Source: an uncultured Bacilli bacterium (GTDB lineage Bacteria; Bacillota_I; Bacilli_A; RF39; UBA660). From it: 64,000 nucleotides of DNA. The position numbers and the translations under genes are program-made. Every line of letters begins with the position of its first letter. The first letter of the stretch is position 1. The stretch covers positions 1,304 to 65,303 of the forward strand of contig CANQYE010000003.1 of assembly GCA_947627995.1 (NCBI GenBank), written 5' to 3'. Positions 40,496 through 49,976 of the stretch are shown piece after piece. The notes under the pieces were generated by a model. The model saw nothing but the letters and a program-made list of their open reading frames with translations. It did not search any database and was not told where the DNA came from.

Positions 40496-42250
40496 ATGAA
40501 AAAATATAACAATGGTGAATTTAGAATTAAAGATGTAGGAAATAAAATTACAGTTCATGGATGGGTTAATAAAAGACGTGATATGGGTGGCGTAATATTT
40601 ATTGATTTACGTGATAGAAGTGGATTTTTACAAATAGTATTTAATCGTGAATATTTAAAGGATAATTTTACTAAAGCAGAAAGTTTACGTAATGAATTTT
40701 GCATCGAAGTAACAGGTATTTTACAAAAAAGAGATGAAGAAATGATAAACTCTAAAATTCCTACTGGTGAAGTAGAATTAATGGTTGAAAATTTAACTAT
40801 TTTATCAGAATCAGAACCTGTTCCTTTTAATATTTATGAAGACAATGAAGTAAATGAATCAGTTGGATTAAAATATAGATATTTAGAACTTAGAAAGAGT
40901 AAATTACAAAACACAATAATAACTCGCCATAAAATAGCTTCTTCAGTTCGTGAATTTTTAAATAAAAAAGACTTTCTAGAAATTGAAACGCCAATTTTAT
41001 GTAAATCAACACCAGAAGGTGCAAGAGATTATATTGTACCTTCTAGAATCAATCAAGGATCTTTTTATGCGCTTCCTCAAAGTCCGCAAATTTTTAAACA
41101 ACTTTTAATGGTTTCAGGATTTGAAAAATATTATCAAATAGCTAAATGTTTTAGAGATGAAGACTTACGTGCCGATCGCCAACCAGAATTTACACAAATT
41201 GATATGGAAATAAGTTTTGCAAATGATGAAGACGTAATGAATTTAACCGAAGAAATGTTAAAATATGTAGTTAAAAAGGTTAAAAATATTGAGCTTGATA
41301 AATTTCCACGACTTACTTGGCATGAAGCAATGGATAAATACGGTTCAGATAAGCCAGATACTAGATTTGATTTATATTTAAATGATATTACAGATATTTT
41401 AAAAGATTCCACAATGCGCGTTTTTTCCGAAAGTATAAAAGATGGTGGAATTGCTAAATGTTTAATCGTTAAAAATAATGGTGATAAATATTCTAGAAGT
41501 GACATTGAACACATGATTGAATTTGTTAAAATCTATGGCGCTAAAGGAATGGCTTGGTTAAAATATGATAATGATCGATTTAATGGTGTTATTGCTAAAA
41601 ATTTAGAAGATGAAAAATTAAAATTAATAAAAGATAGATTTAACATTAATAATAATGATCTTATTTTAATAGTTGTTGCTAAGCCCAAAATTGTTTATGC
41701 ATCTTTAGGAGCTTTAAGATTAAAAATCGGTAATGAACTTAATTTAATTGATAAAAACAAATTAAATTTCTTATGGGTCACAGATTTTCCAATGTTTGAA
41801 TATTCCGAATCTGATAAAAGATATAAAGCAATGCATCACCCATTTACTATGCCATCATCAATAGATGATTTAAATGATAAAGAGAAATGTTTAAGTTTAT
41901 CTTATGATATTGTTTTAAATGGCTATGAACTTGGTGGAGGATCAGTACGTATACATGATCCTAAAATACAAAATATTGTATTTGATGCTCTTGGTTTAAC
42001 CAAAGAACAAATTAAAGAAAAATTTGGATTCTTTACTGAAGCATTTAAATATGGTGCTCCTCCTCATGCTGGACTTGCAATAGGACTTGAAAGATTTACT
42101 ATGTTGCTTACCGGCACAGATAATATTAAAGATGTTATTGCATTTCCAAAAACTCAAACAGCAAGTGATCTAATGAGTGAAGCTCCAAGTATAGTAAGTA
42201 AAGAACAACTTAATGAACTTGGATTAAAAGTGGAGGCGAAAAATGAATAA
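40496..42250 (+). CDS. aspS: Aspartyl-tRNA synthetase (probably non-discriminating, given the adjacent gatCAB)
   Basis: An OB-fold N-terminus is followed by FYALPQSPQ and QIAKCFRDEDLRADRQPEFTQID, then GGGSVRIHD and a GLERF terminus. Confidence 0.92.
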   Translation: MKKYNNGEFRIKDVGNKITVHGWVNKRRDMGGVIFIDLRDRSGFLQIVFNREYLKDNFTKAESLRNEFCIEVTGILQKRDEEMINSKIPTGEVELMVENLTILSESEPVPFNIYEDNEVNESVGLKYRYLELRKSKLQNTIITRHKIASSVREFLNKKDFLEIETPILCKSTPEGARDYIVPSRINQGSFYALPQSPQIFKQLLMVSGFEKYYQIAKCFRDEDLRADRQPEFTQIDMEISFANDEDVMNLTEEMLKYVVKKVKNIELDKFPRLTWHEAMDKYGSDKPDTRFDLYLNDITDILKDSTMRVFSESIKDGGIAKCLIVKNNGDKYSRSDIEHMIEFVKIYGAKGMAWLKYDNDRFNGVIAKNLEDEKLKLIKDRFNINNNDLILIVVAKPKIVYASLGALRLKIGNELNLIDKNKLNFLWVTDFPMFEYSESDKRYKAMHHPFTMPSSIDDLNDKEKCLSLSYDIVLNGYELGGGSVRIHDPKIQNIVFDALGLTKEQIKEKFGFFTEAFKYGAPPHAGLAIGLERFTMLLTGTDNIKDVIAFPKTQTASDLMSEAPSIVSKEQLNELGLKVEAKNE

Positions 42251-42539
42251 ATTTACAAAAGAAATGGTTGATGATTATGCTGAAAAGCTTTTAATAGGTC
42301 TTACAGATGAAGAAAACAAAATGGTTTTAGATGAATTTGAAATCATAGATAAAAACATTGATTTAGTCAATAAAATTCCTAATATTGAACAAGTAGCACC
42401 AATGACTCATGCTCTTGATGATTTTGAATGTGAGTTTAGAGAAGATGTAATTGAAGATTCCGTTCCTATTGATGATTTACTTAAAAATGCTGGCGAAATA
42501 GATGGTAATGAAATTCAAGTACCAAAGGTAGTTGGGTAG
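42243..42539 (+). CDS. gatC: Asp-tRNA(Asn)/Glu-tRNA(Gln) amidotransferase subunit C
   Basis: It is 98 aa with the typical N-terminus, and overlaps aspS by 8 nt. Confidence 0.85.
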   Translation: MNKFTKEMVDDYAEKLLIGLTDEENKMVLDEFEIIDKNIDLVNKIPNIEQVAPMTHALDDFECEFREDVIEDSVPIDDLLKNAGEIDGNEIQVPKVVG

Positions 42540-42548
42540 GTGAAAAAT

Positions 42549-44006
42549 ATGAAATATATGAATAAATCTATTGAAGAATTACATGAATTATTAATAAAAG
42601 GTGAAGTAAGTAGTGATGAATTGGTAAAAGAATCATTATCTTTATCTCATGAAGTTCAAGAAAAATGTAATGCCTTTGTTACTATTTTAGATGATCAAAA
42701 AGGTGGAGAAGTTACCGATAATTTACTTTCAGGAATCCCATATGGTGTTAAAGACAACTATTCAACTAAGGATATTCTATCTACGGGTTCCTCAAATACT
42801 TTAAAAAATTATGTTCCCTTCTTTAATGCTACTGCTATTGAAAATTTAAATAAAGCAGGAGCAATAAAAGTAAATAAAACAGCAATGGATGAATTTGGTA
42901 TGGGTGGAACTGGAACGACTGCTCATACAGGAATTATTAAAAATCCATGGGATACAACACGTATGTGTGCCGGATCTTCAGCTGGTTCTGCTGCAGCTGT
43001 TGCTGCCGGAGTTTATCCTTATGCTTTAGGTTCTGATACAGGAGATTCTATTCGCAAACCAGCAGCATTTTGTGGTATTGTTGGTTATAAACCAACATAC
43101 GGAATGATATCTCGTTATGGTTTATTTCCTTTTGCATCAAGTTTAGATCATTGTGGCGTTTTAACAAGAAGTGTAAAAGATGCTGCAATTGTCGTTGATA
43201 ACATGAAGGGAATAGATAAAAATGATATGACATCTTTTGACTCTAGCAATATCCATTTATATAAATCAATTAACGGAAATGTAAAAGGTAAAAAATTATG
43301 CTATGTTAAGGAAATAGTCGATATTAATAGGTATAAAAATGCTAGTCCGGAATTAAAAGAACATTTAGATAATTTTTATAAAACTTTAGATAAGTTAAAA
43401 AAGATTGGTATAGAAGTTGAAGAAGTATCTGTTGATGAAAAACTTTTAAATGCTCAACCATCTGTTTATGTTATTATTTCTTGTGCTGAAGCAACTTCTA
43501 ATATGAGTAATTTAACCGGAATTATTTTTGGCCCAAGAGGTAAGGGTGATAATTATATTGATATGATGAAAGATCATCGTACTAAAGGATTTTCTCCCCT
43601 TATTAAAAGAAGATTTGTAATTGGATCCTATGTTTTACAAAAAGAAAATCAAGAAAGATATTTTAGAAATGCTCAAAGAGTAAGAAGATTACTTGTTGAT
43701 AGATGGAAAGAATTATTTAAAGAATATGATGGAGTTGTTCTCCCAGTTTCATCTGGACCAGCTAAGAAATTAGATGGAGAAGTTGATATATTGGATGAAA
43801 ATACTCAAGTTTTAGAAGAACATCTTCAAATAGGAAATTTTGGTGGTTTCCCATCTATTACTATTCCTAATGGGTTTGTAAATAATTTACCAGTAGGAAT
43901 TAATATAACTGGCAATTGCTATGATGATGCTAATGTATTAAATATTGCCTATGCTTTAGAAAGTACGATGAAATATAAAGGGCAAATTGCAAAGGAGGTA
44001 AAATAA
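42549..44006 (+). CDS. gatA: Amidotransferase subunit A
   Basis: The amidase signature GSSAGSAAAVAAG and Ser-cisSer-Lys triad context are present. Confidence 0.9.
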   Translation: MKYMNKSIEELHELLIKGEVSSDELVKESLSLSHEVQEKCNAFVTILDDQKGGEVTDNLLSGIPYGVKDNYSTKDILSTGSSNTLKNYVPFFNATAIENLNKAGAIKVNKTAMDEFGMGGTGTTAHTGIIKNPWDTTRMCAGSSAGSAAAVAAGVYPYALGSDTGDSIRKPAAFCGIVGYKPTYGMISRYGLFPFASSLDHCGVLTRSVKDAAIVVDNMKGIDKNDMTSFDSSNIHLYKSINGNVKGKKLCYVKEIVDINRYKNASPELKEHLDNFYKTLDKLKKIGIEVEEVSVDEKLLNAQPSVYVIISCAEATSNMSNLTGIIFGPRGKGDNYIDMMKDHRTKGFSPLIKRRFVIGSYVLQKENQERYFRNAQRVRRLLVDRWKELFKEYDGVVLPVSSGPAKKLDGEVDILDENTQVLEEHLQIGNFGGFPSITIPNGFVNNLPVGINITGNCYDDANVLNIAYALESTMKYKGQIAKEVK

Positions 44007-45461
44007 ATGGGTTACATTGCTAAAATTGGTTTAGAAATGCACTGTGAAGTATCTGAAACAAATACTAAAGTATTTTCAAGTGCAAGAAACTCTTATAGTG
44101 ACATTCCTAATACTAATGTAAGGCCAGTTGATATGGCTTTTCCAGGAACTTTACCCGTAGTTAATAAAGAAGCAGTTCGAATGGCATTAATGGCTAGTAT
44201 GATTTTAAATTGCAAACAACCTGAATATATTTATTTTGAAAGAAAAAATTATTATTATCCAGATCTTCCAAAAGGATTTCAACTTACTCAAGAAACAAAA
44301 CCTATTCCTGTTGGAATTTATGGAAAAGTTGAATTTGAATGTAATAATGAAATTAAAAGTGTTAGAGTAAATAATTTACATTTAGAAGAAGATGCGGCAT
44401 CATTAGATCATTATTTTTCTAGTAGCAATATAGATTATAATAGAGCAGGGGTTCCCCTTTTAGAACTTGTTACAGAGCCTGATTTACATAGTGCCGATGA
44501 AGCAGTTGCTTTTCTTGAACATATGCGAAGTGTATATCAGTATGCTGGCATAAGTGAAGCAGATAGTAAAAAAGGACAAATTAGATGTGATGTTAATGTT
44601 TCAATTATGGATGAAAATCTTGATGAAGAAAATCCTAAAAACTGGGGAACTAAAATCGAAATTAAAAATGTTAATTCTTTCGGTGGAGTAAGAGATGCTA
44701 TTAATTATGAAATTAAAAGACAAACTGAATTAAAAGAAAATGGTAAATATGATGAGATGGAACAACAAACTCGCCGATGGGATGAAGAAAGTGGAACAAC
44801 TATTTATATGCGTAGTAAAGTAGATGCTATAGATTATAAATATTTTGTTGAACCTAATATTCCTAAAATTAAAATTTCTAAAACTTGGCTAGAAGAAATT
44901 AAAAAATCAATTCCTGAACTTGCACTTGATAGAAAGAAAAAATATATTGAGAAATATAATTTATCAGAATATGATGCTACTGTTTTAGTTAAAGAAAAAA
45001 ATATATCTGATTATTTTGAAAATCTTGTAAATAATAATATCGATGCAAAACTTGCTGCCAATTGGGTAACTGTTCAAGTTTTAGGTTATATTAATAAACA
45101 TGATATATCTATTAATGATTTTTATTTAAAAGCTGAAATGTTAGGTACTATTTTAAATGCCTTAGATTCTAAAAAAATATCTTCTAAACAAGCAAAAGAA
45201 CTATTTTTTAAAGCAATAGAAGAAGAAAAAGATCCAAAAGAATTACTAAAATCATCTAATATGAATCAAATAACTGATGAAAATGAAATAAGTTCTATTA
45301 TCGATAAAGTTATGAAAAATAATCAAACTCAAGTAGATGAATATAAAAATGGTAAAACAAATTTATTTGATTATTTTGTTGGTCAAGTAATGAAAGAAAC
45401 AAGGGGTCAAGCAAATCCTGTTATAACTAAAAAACTAATATCTAAATATTTAGAAAAATAA
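44007..45461 (+). CDS. gatB: Amidotransferase subunit B
   Basis: MGYIAKIGLEMHCEV is present, with a GatB/YqeY C-terminus. Confidence 0.9.
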   Translation: MGYIAKIGLEMHCEVSETNTKVFSSARNSYSDIPNTNVRPVDMAFPGTLPVVNKEAVRMALMASMILNCKQPEYIYFERKNYYYPDLPKGFQLTQETKPIPVGIYGKVEFECNNEIKSVRVNNLHLEEDAASLDHYFSSSNIDYNRAGVPLLELVTEPDLHSADEAVAFLEHMRSVYQYAGISEADSKKGQIRCDVNVSIMDENLDEENPKNWGTKIEIKNVNSFGGVRDAINYEIKRQTELKENGKYDEMEQQTRRWDEESGTTIYMRSKVDAIDYKYFVEPNIPKIKISKTWLEEIKKSIPELALDRKKKYIEKYNLSEYDATVLVKEKNISDYFENLVNNNIDAKLAANWVTVQVLGYINKHDISINDFYLKAEMLGTILNALDSKKISSKQAKELFFKAIEEEKDPKELLKSSNMNQITDENEISSIIDKVMKNNQTQVDEYKNGKTNLFDYFVGQVMKETRGQANPVITKKLISKYLEK

Positions 45462-45584
45462 AATAATAAAGAAAATAATTATGCTACAAAAATATTAAAA
45501 TAAGTTGAAATATAATGACAATATTTGATTTATCAAAAATTTATGTATGAAAATAATAAATATTAGTAATTTAAAAATTAAAAG

Positions 45585-45612
45585 CAAAGTAACACTTTAA
45601 CTTTGTTTTTTA
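45585..45612 (+). terminator. Rho-independent terminator downstream of gatB
   Basis: caaagtaacactttaactttg followed by tttttt. Confidence 0.5.
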
Positions 45613-45654
45613 TTATGTTATAATTTTAATATATTAAGATAAAGAGGTGTTGGT

Positions 45655-47421
45655 ATGTTTGGTAAAATATTATATATTGGTAATAACGAAGCACATGTTG
45701 AAAATAAAGCAGCCCCTGGAACTAATTCAATGGATTTAATGAATATACATGTCATTTTTGAAAATAATAATCAAAAAATATTAGGGGAAGTAACTGAAGT
45801 CGATGAAACCATTATTAAAATTCGTTTTTTAGGAGAATATAGAGATGGTAAATATATTACTGGTTTACTTAGAAAACCATTACTTACTTCAACCTTACGA
45901 TTAGTTAATAAAGAAGAAATAGAAGAAATATTTGGTAAAAATAATAATAAAAATTTATTAATAGGAAGTAGTCCAATATATGATAAAATGCCAATTTACT
46001 TTGATATAAATTCATGTTTATCTAATCATTTAGCTTTTTTTGGGAATACTGGATCTGGAAAAAGTTGCGGAGTAGCTAGATTTATTCAAAATATATTTTT
46101 AAATCCTAATTTGATGGCATATAATGCTAATTTATTTATCTTTGATGCTTATGGAGAATACAAAAATGCTTTTAAAAATTTAAATCAAATAAATAAATAT
46201 TTTAACTATAAATTTATAACAACTAATAAAGTAGATGAAGATGATGAAGAACTTAAAATACCTATTTATTTATTAAATTTAGAAGATTGGGCATTGCTTT
46301 TGCAAGTATCTGAACATAGTCAAATACCAATAATTGAAAGAACAATAAAATTATGTAAAATATTTGCTCAAAATGATGAAAATGCACATAAATACAAAAA
46401 TCATTTAATTGCAAAAGCTTTACTTGCTGTTTTATTTTCAAATCAAACTACCGCAAGTAAAAAAAATGATATATTTAAAATAATTGAATCTTGTCACACA
46501 GATGAATTTGATTTTGATACTCCAATTCAAGGGCTTGGATATACTAGAAAGTTTAGTGAGTGTTTTGAAATAGATTCTAATGGATATTTTGCAGAAAGCG
46601 TATTAATTAATGAATATGTTTTAAACCATTTAGATGATTCATTAGAGACATTAAAAGAAGCAGACAAAGCCTTCTATAACCTAAATGATTTTGAAAAAGC
46701 TTTAGAATTCACTTTAATTTCTGAAGGATTTCAAAATAATACTAAGATTTATGATGATGCAATTATATTAAAGGTAAGGTTACATTCAATTATAAATAGC
46801 AAAATAGCTAATTACTTTAATTATGATAAATTTATAAATATTGATAATTTTATTTCATCATTAGTTGTAAAAAATAATGCAAAAGCCCAAATTATAAATA
46901 TTAATTTAGAAGATGTAGATGATGTTTATGCCAAAGTTATTGTAAAAATATTATCCAGATTATTCTTTGAATTTTCTAAAAAAATGAAAGTTCGTGCTTC
47001 AGTACCTTTTCATATATTTTTAGAAGAAGCACATAGATATATTCAAAAAGATAACGATACATTTTTAATTGGATATAATATATTTGATCGTATAGCTAAG
47101 GAAGGAAGAAAATATGGAATATTACTAAATATTATATCGCAAAGACCGGTTGAATTATCAGATACAGTTATTTCTCAAATATCAAATTTCTTTATTTTTA
47201 AAATGACTCACCCCTTAGACTTAGCTTATATTCAAAAAACTTTACCAAATATTTCCGATGATGTTATAGAAAAACAAAAATCATTACAACCTGGAACATG
47301 TGTAGCATTTGGTACAGCTTTTAAAATACCTATGTTAATAAAAATGGAACTACCAAACCCTTTACCATATTCTACAAATTGTGATGTAAGATCAAGATGG
47401 AGCCCCAAAACAAATTCTTAA
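45655..47421 (+). CDS. HerA/FtsK-superfamily ATPase (COG0433, DUF87) with an N-terminal HAS-barrel-like region, in its own transcription unit
   Basis: Walker A HLAFFGNTGSGKSCG is preceded by the PIYFDINS loop, and C-terminal FLEEAHRYI ... IAKEGRKYGILLNIISQRP ... KMTHPLDLAYIQ matches the HerA core. It has its own extended -10 promoter (TGtTATAAT) and Shine-Dalgarno sequence AAGAGGTG. Confidence 0.7.
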   Translation: MFGKILYIGNNEAHVENKAAPGTNSMDLMNIHVIFENNNQKILGEVTEVDETIIKIRFLGEYRDGKYITGLLRKPLLTSTLRLVNKEEIEEIFGKNNNKNLLIGSSPIYDKMPIYFDINSCLSNHLAFFGNTGSGKSCGVARFIQNIFLNPNLMAYNANLFIFDAYGEYKNAFKNLNQINKYFNYKFITTNKVDEDDEELKIPIYLLNLEDWALLLQVSEHSQIPIIERTIKLCKIFAQNDENAHKYKNHLIAKALLAVLFSNQTTASKKNDIFKIIESCHTDEFDFDTPIQGLGYTRKFSECFEIDSNGYFAESVLINEYVLNHLDDSLETLKEADKAFYNLNDFEKALEFTLISEGFQNNTKIYDDAIILKVRLHSIINSKIANYFNYDKFINIDNFISSLVVKNNAKAQIININLEDVDDVYAKVIVKILSRLFFEFSKKMKVRASVPFHIFLEEAHRYIQKDNDTFLIGYNIFDRIAKEGRKYGILLNIISQRPVELSDTVISQISNFFIFKMTHPLDLAYIQKTLPNISDDVIEKQKSLQPGTCVAFGTAFKIPMLIKMELPNPLPYSTNCDVRSRWSPKTNS

Positions 47422-47474
47422 TATAAATAGACAAAAATAGTAGAAATTATTTATAATATTTGATATAATTAAAA

Positions 47475-47645
47475 TACCTAAAGATAAATGTTATATTATA
47501 AAACCGACAAATGATAAATTGGGAGTCTAATTGAATTGTGGTGTTGAATACTGAACCTTTATTGTTCAGGATCCTAAAACAATTCATGTGATGCCCACCT
47601 GCAATAGAGCGGGCTTTTATCAAATAACATGTCTTTAGGTTTTTT
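47475..47645 (+). ncRNA. Structured RNA element (unclassified) between the HerA-like gene and tcdA
   Basis: A long-range helix cctaaagaTAAatgttat / ataacatgtctttagg encloses the nested hairpins tgaattgt/acaattca and ctgaac/gttcag and is followed by tttttt. Only the structure is seen; the family is unknown. Confidence 0.3.
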
Positions 47646-47660
47646 AATGGAGTTGATAAT

Positions 47661-48335
47661 ATGTTTGATCGTTTTTCTAATCTTATAGGCGAAGATAATT
47701 TTAAAATAATAAAAAATTTAAAAATATGTATTATTGGATTAGGTGGAGTAGGAGGAAGTGCTTTTGAATCATTAGTAAGAAGCGGAATTGAAAACTTTAC
47801 TATAATTGATAACGACATTGTAGATATAACTAATTTAAATCGTCAAATATTAACTGATTTAACAGTTATTAAAAAAGATAAAATAGATATTGCTGTAAAA
47901 AAAGCCAAAAGCATTAATCCTGAAGTTAAAATTAAAGCGTATAAAGCATTTTTAAATAAAAATAATATAAATATATATTGCAATGAAAATTTTGATTATA
48001 TTATTGATTGTTGTGATACTATAGATACTAAATTAGCAATAATTAAATTTTCTATAAAAAATAAAATTAAGTTTATTACATGCTTAGGAACCGCTAAAAA
48101 ATTTCACCCAGAATTGCTATCTTTAACTACTTTAGATAAAACAACATATGATCCTTTAGCTAGAAAATTAAGAAAAATGGTTAAAAATGAAAATATTAAA
48201 CAAAAAATACATGTGGTATCTAGTACCGAAAAAGTAAATAAAAACAATATTTTAGGATCAACTAGCTTTGTTCCTAATGCCGCAGGTTTTTTAATAGGTT
48301 CATATATCATTAATGATACCTTAAAAAACCTCTAA
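47661..48335 (+). CDS. tcdA: tRNA threonylcarbamoyladenosine dehydratase (ThiF/E1-like, YrvM/CsdL family)
   Basis: ICIIGLGGVGGSAFESLVRSG and DNDIVDITNLNRQI are present, and DPLARKLRK and VVSSTE align with E. coli TcdA. Confidence 0.75.
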   Translation: MFDRFSNLIGEDNFKIIKNLKICIIGLGGVGGSAFESLVRSGIENFTIIDNDIVDITNLNRQILTDLTVIKKDKIDIAVKKAKSINPEVKIKAYKAFLNKNNINIYCNENFDYIIDCCDTIDTKLAIIKFSIKNKIKFITCLGTAKKFHPELLSLTTLDKTTYDPLARKLRKMVKNENIKQKIHVVSSTEKVNKNNILGSTSFVPNAAGFLIGSYIINDTLKNL

Positions 48336-48398
48336 AATTTGACAAAATTTATCTTTATTGATAATATATACCTTATAAATTTGAAAGGGTATGTTTTT

Positions 48399-48989
48399 AT
48401 GAAATTAAATGGTTATTTTAAAGAATTTATTGACTTTTATGAAAAATACAAAAGTGATTTAATTGAGCATAGTGATTTAATTACAGAAAGAAAGAAACTA
48501 TTGGATTTTTTAAAAAAATCAACAACATTTAAAACTGAAGAATTAGTAAAATTTTTATTGAAATATATTAGCTTAAATGAACAAAGAAAATATATTTCAC
48601 TTGAATGTGTTTGTACAAATAAATCTCAAAAATCAAAGAAATCAAAAAGTTTTATCTTAATTTTAAGCGAGGAAGATTATTTAGATACTATTAAAATGCC
48701 ATTTATTAGTATAAAAGATAGATTAGATGATTTTAATTATCCATATATTAAATTAAAATATCAAGATGAATATAGATTGTGTAATATTCCAGAATTTGAT
48801 CAATTTCCATATTTTAATGGTTTAGCAAATAGAATTATTATTGAAAAGCTTAAAAATCCAGATGAAAAAAACATTAATATTTTAAATGGTGAACTTAATA
48901 AAACGAAACTGGCTTATCGTATGTTTAATAGTATTGATAATCAAAAAAATAATAAAAAAACAATGAGTTTAAATTTAACAAAAAAATAA
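48399..48989 (+). CDS. Hypothetical protein
   Basis: ATG follows AAAGGGTA. The protein is K-rich with no recognisable motif. Confidence 0.4.
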   Translation: MKLNGYFKEFIDFYEKYKSDLIEHSDLITERKKLLDFLKKSTTFKTEELVKFLLKYISLNEQRKYISLECVCTNKSQKSKKSKSFILILSEEDYLDTIKMPFISIKDRLDDFNYPYIKLKYQDEYRLCNIPEFDQFPYFNGLANRIIIEKLKNPDEKNINILNGELNKTKLAYRMFNSIDNQKNNKKTMSLNLTKK

Positions 48990-49001
48990 TTTCAATTGAA
49001 A

Positions 49002-49976
49002 TTATTTTTTTGTTATTAAAAAATTTATTAAACATTCAGGGTCATAATTATTTTCAACAATATTATATATTATATTAATAACAGGAATTTTAATTTTTTT
49101 CTTTTTCAATAATTTATAAATCGATTTTATAGTATAGTACCCTTCAACAGTATTCTTTTCTAAAAAATCAGCAATTTTTTTCTTGTTTCTGGAAGCAAGG
49201 ATTGTACCAAATGTATAATTTCTACTTTTTGTAGAAGTGCAAGTCAATAATAAATCACCAATACCTGCAAAACTATTAATAGTATTTTTGCTACCTCTTA
49301 CCGCTGCTAAAAGTTCTTTAATATCATGCATTGATTCAGTTATAAAAAATGCTTGAGTACTTTCTTTGTAGCCTAAACCAGAAATTATCCCTGATGCTAT
49401 TGCTATGACATTTTTAATGCTTCCACAAATTTCTACTCCTAAAATATCAGTTGTTTCTCGAACTTTAACATTCTTACTTTGAATTGCATTTTTTATAACT
49501 AAACGCGTATCTTTTGATTTTGAAGCCAATGAAAAGCCGATAGGTTCATTATTTATCAAATCAATAGCAAATGATGGTCCAGAAATAACAGCAATCTTTC
49601 TTGTATTAATATATTTTTGTACTAATTGATGACAAAAACAATAATTTTTATTATCTATTCCTTTACTTCCAATACAAATATACATATTATTTTGATAAAA
49701 TTTACTAATATTTTTTAATGTTTCTTCTAAATATTTTACAGAAACCATTATAAAAATAATAGTACTATTTTTTAAACATAATTCCATATCAGTTGTGAAT
49801 TTAAAATTTTTATTGATAATATTTTTACCAAAAGATTTTATTTGAAAATCTTTATCATGTACTTTATCAATTGTGTCTTTACTTTCACTCCAAATTAATA
49901 CATCTAATCCATTATTTATTAAATTATTAGCATTTGCTAAAGCAAACACCCCAGAACCAATAATAGAAACTTTCAT
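49002..49976 (-). CDS. gpsA: Glycerol-3-phosphate dehydrogenase [NAD(P)+]
   Basis: The N-terminus MKVSIIGSGVFALANANNL is present along with NAD-binding and C-terminal GpsA motifs. Confidence 0.85.
   Translation of the reverse strand: MKVSIIGSGVFALANANNLINNGLDVLIWSESKDTIDKVHDKDFQIKSFGKNIINKNFKFTTDMELCLKNSTIIFIMVSVKYLEETLKNISKFYQNNMYICIGSKGIDNKNYCFCHQLVQKYINTRKIAVISGPSFAIDLINNEPIGFSLASKSKDTRLVIKNAIQSKNVKVRETTDILGVEICGSIKNVIAIASGIISGLGYKESTQAFFITESMHDIKELLAAVRGSKNTINSFAGIGDLLLTCTSTKSRNYTFGTILASRNKKKIADFLEKNTVEGYYTIKSIYKLLKKKKIKIPVINIIYNIVENNYDPECLINFLITKK

Noticed and set aside
47447-47818. 123-aa minus-strand ORF spanning the structured intergenic region and the tcdA start
   Set aside because: It is antisense to the tcdA N-terminus and has no Shine-Dalgarno sequence. 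The region is better explained as an RNA structure.
47661-48335. The ThiF/E1-like gene as part of a ubiquitin-like conjugation or defence system with the HerA ATPase
   Set aside because: The sequence aligns along its whole length with TcdA/CsdL (YrvM) and occupies the YrvM position of the Bacillus aspS-yrvM-yrvN block. It is therefore the housekeeping t6A dehydratase, not an E1 of a Ubl system.
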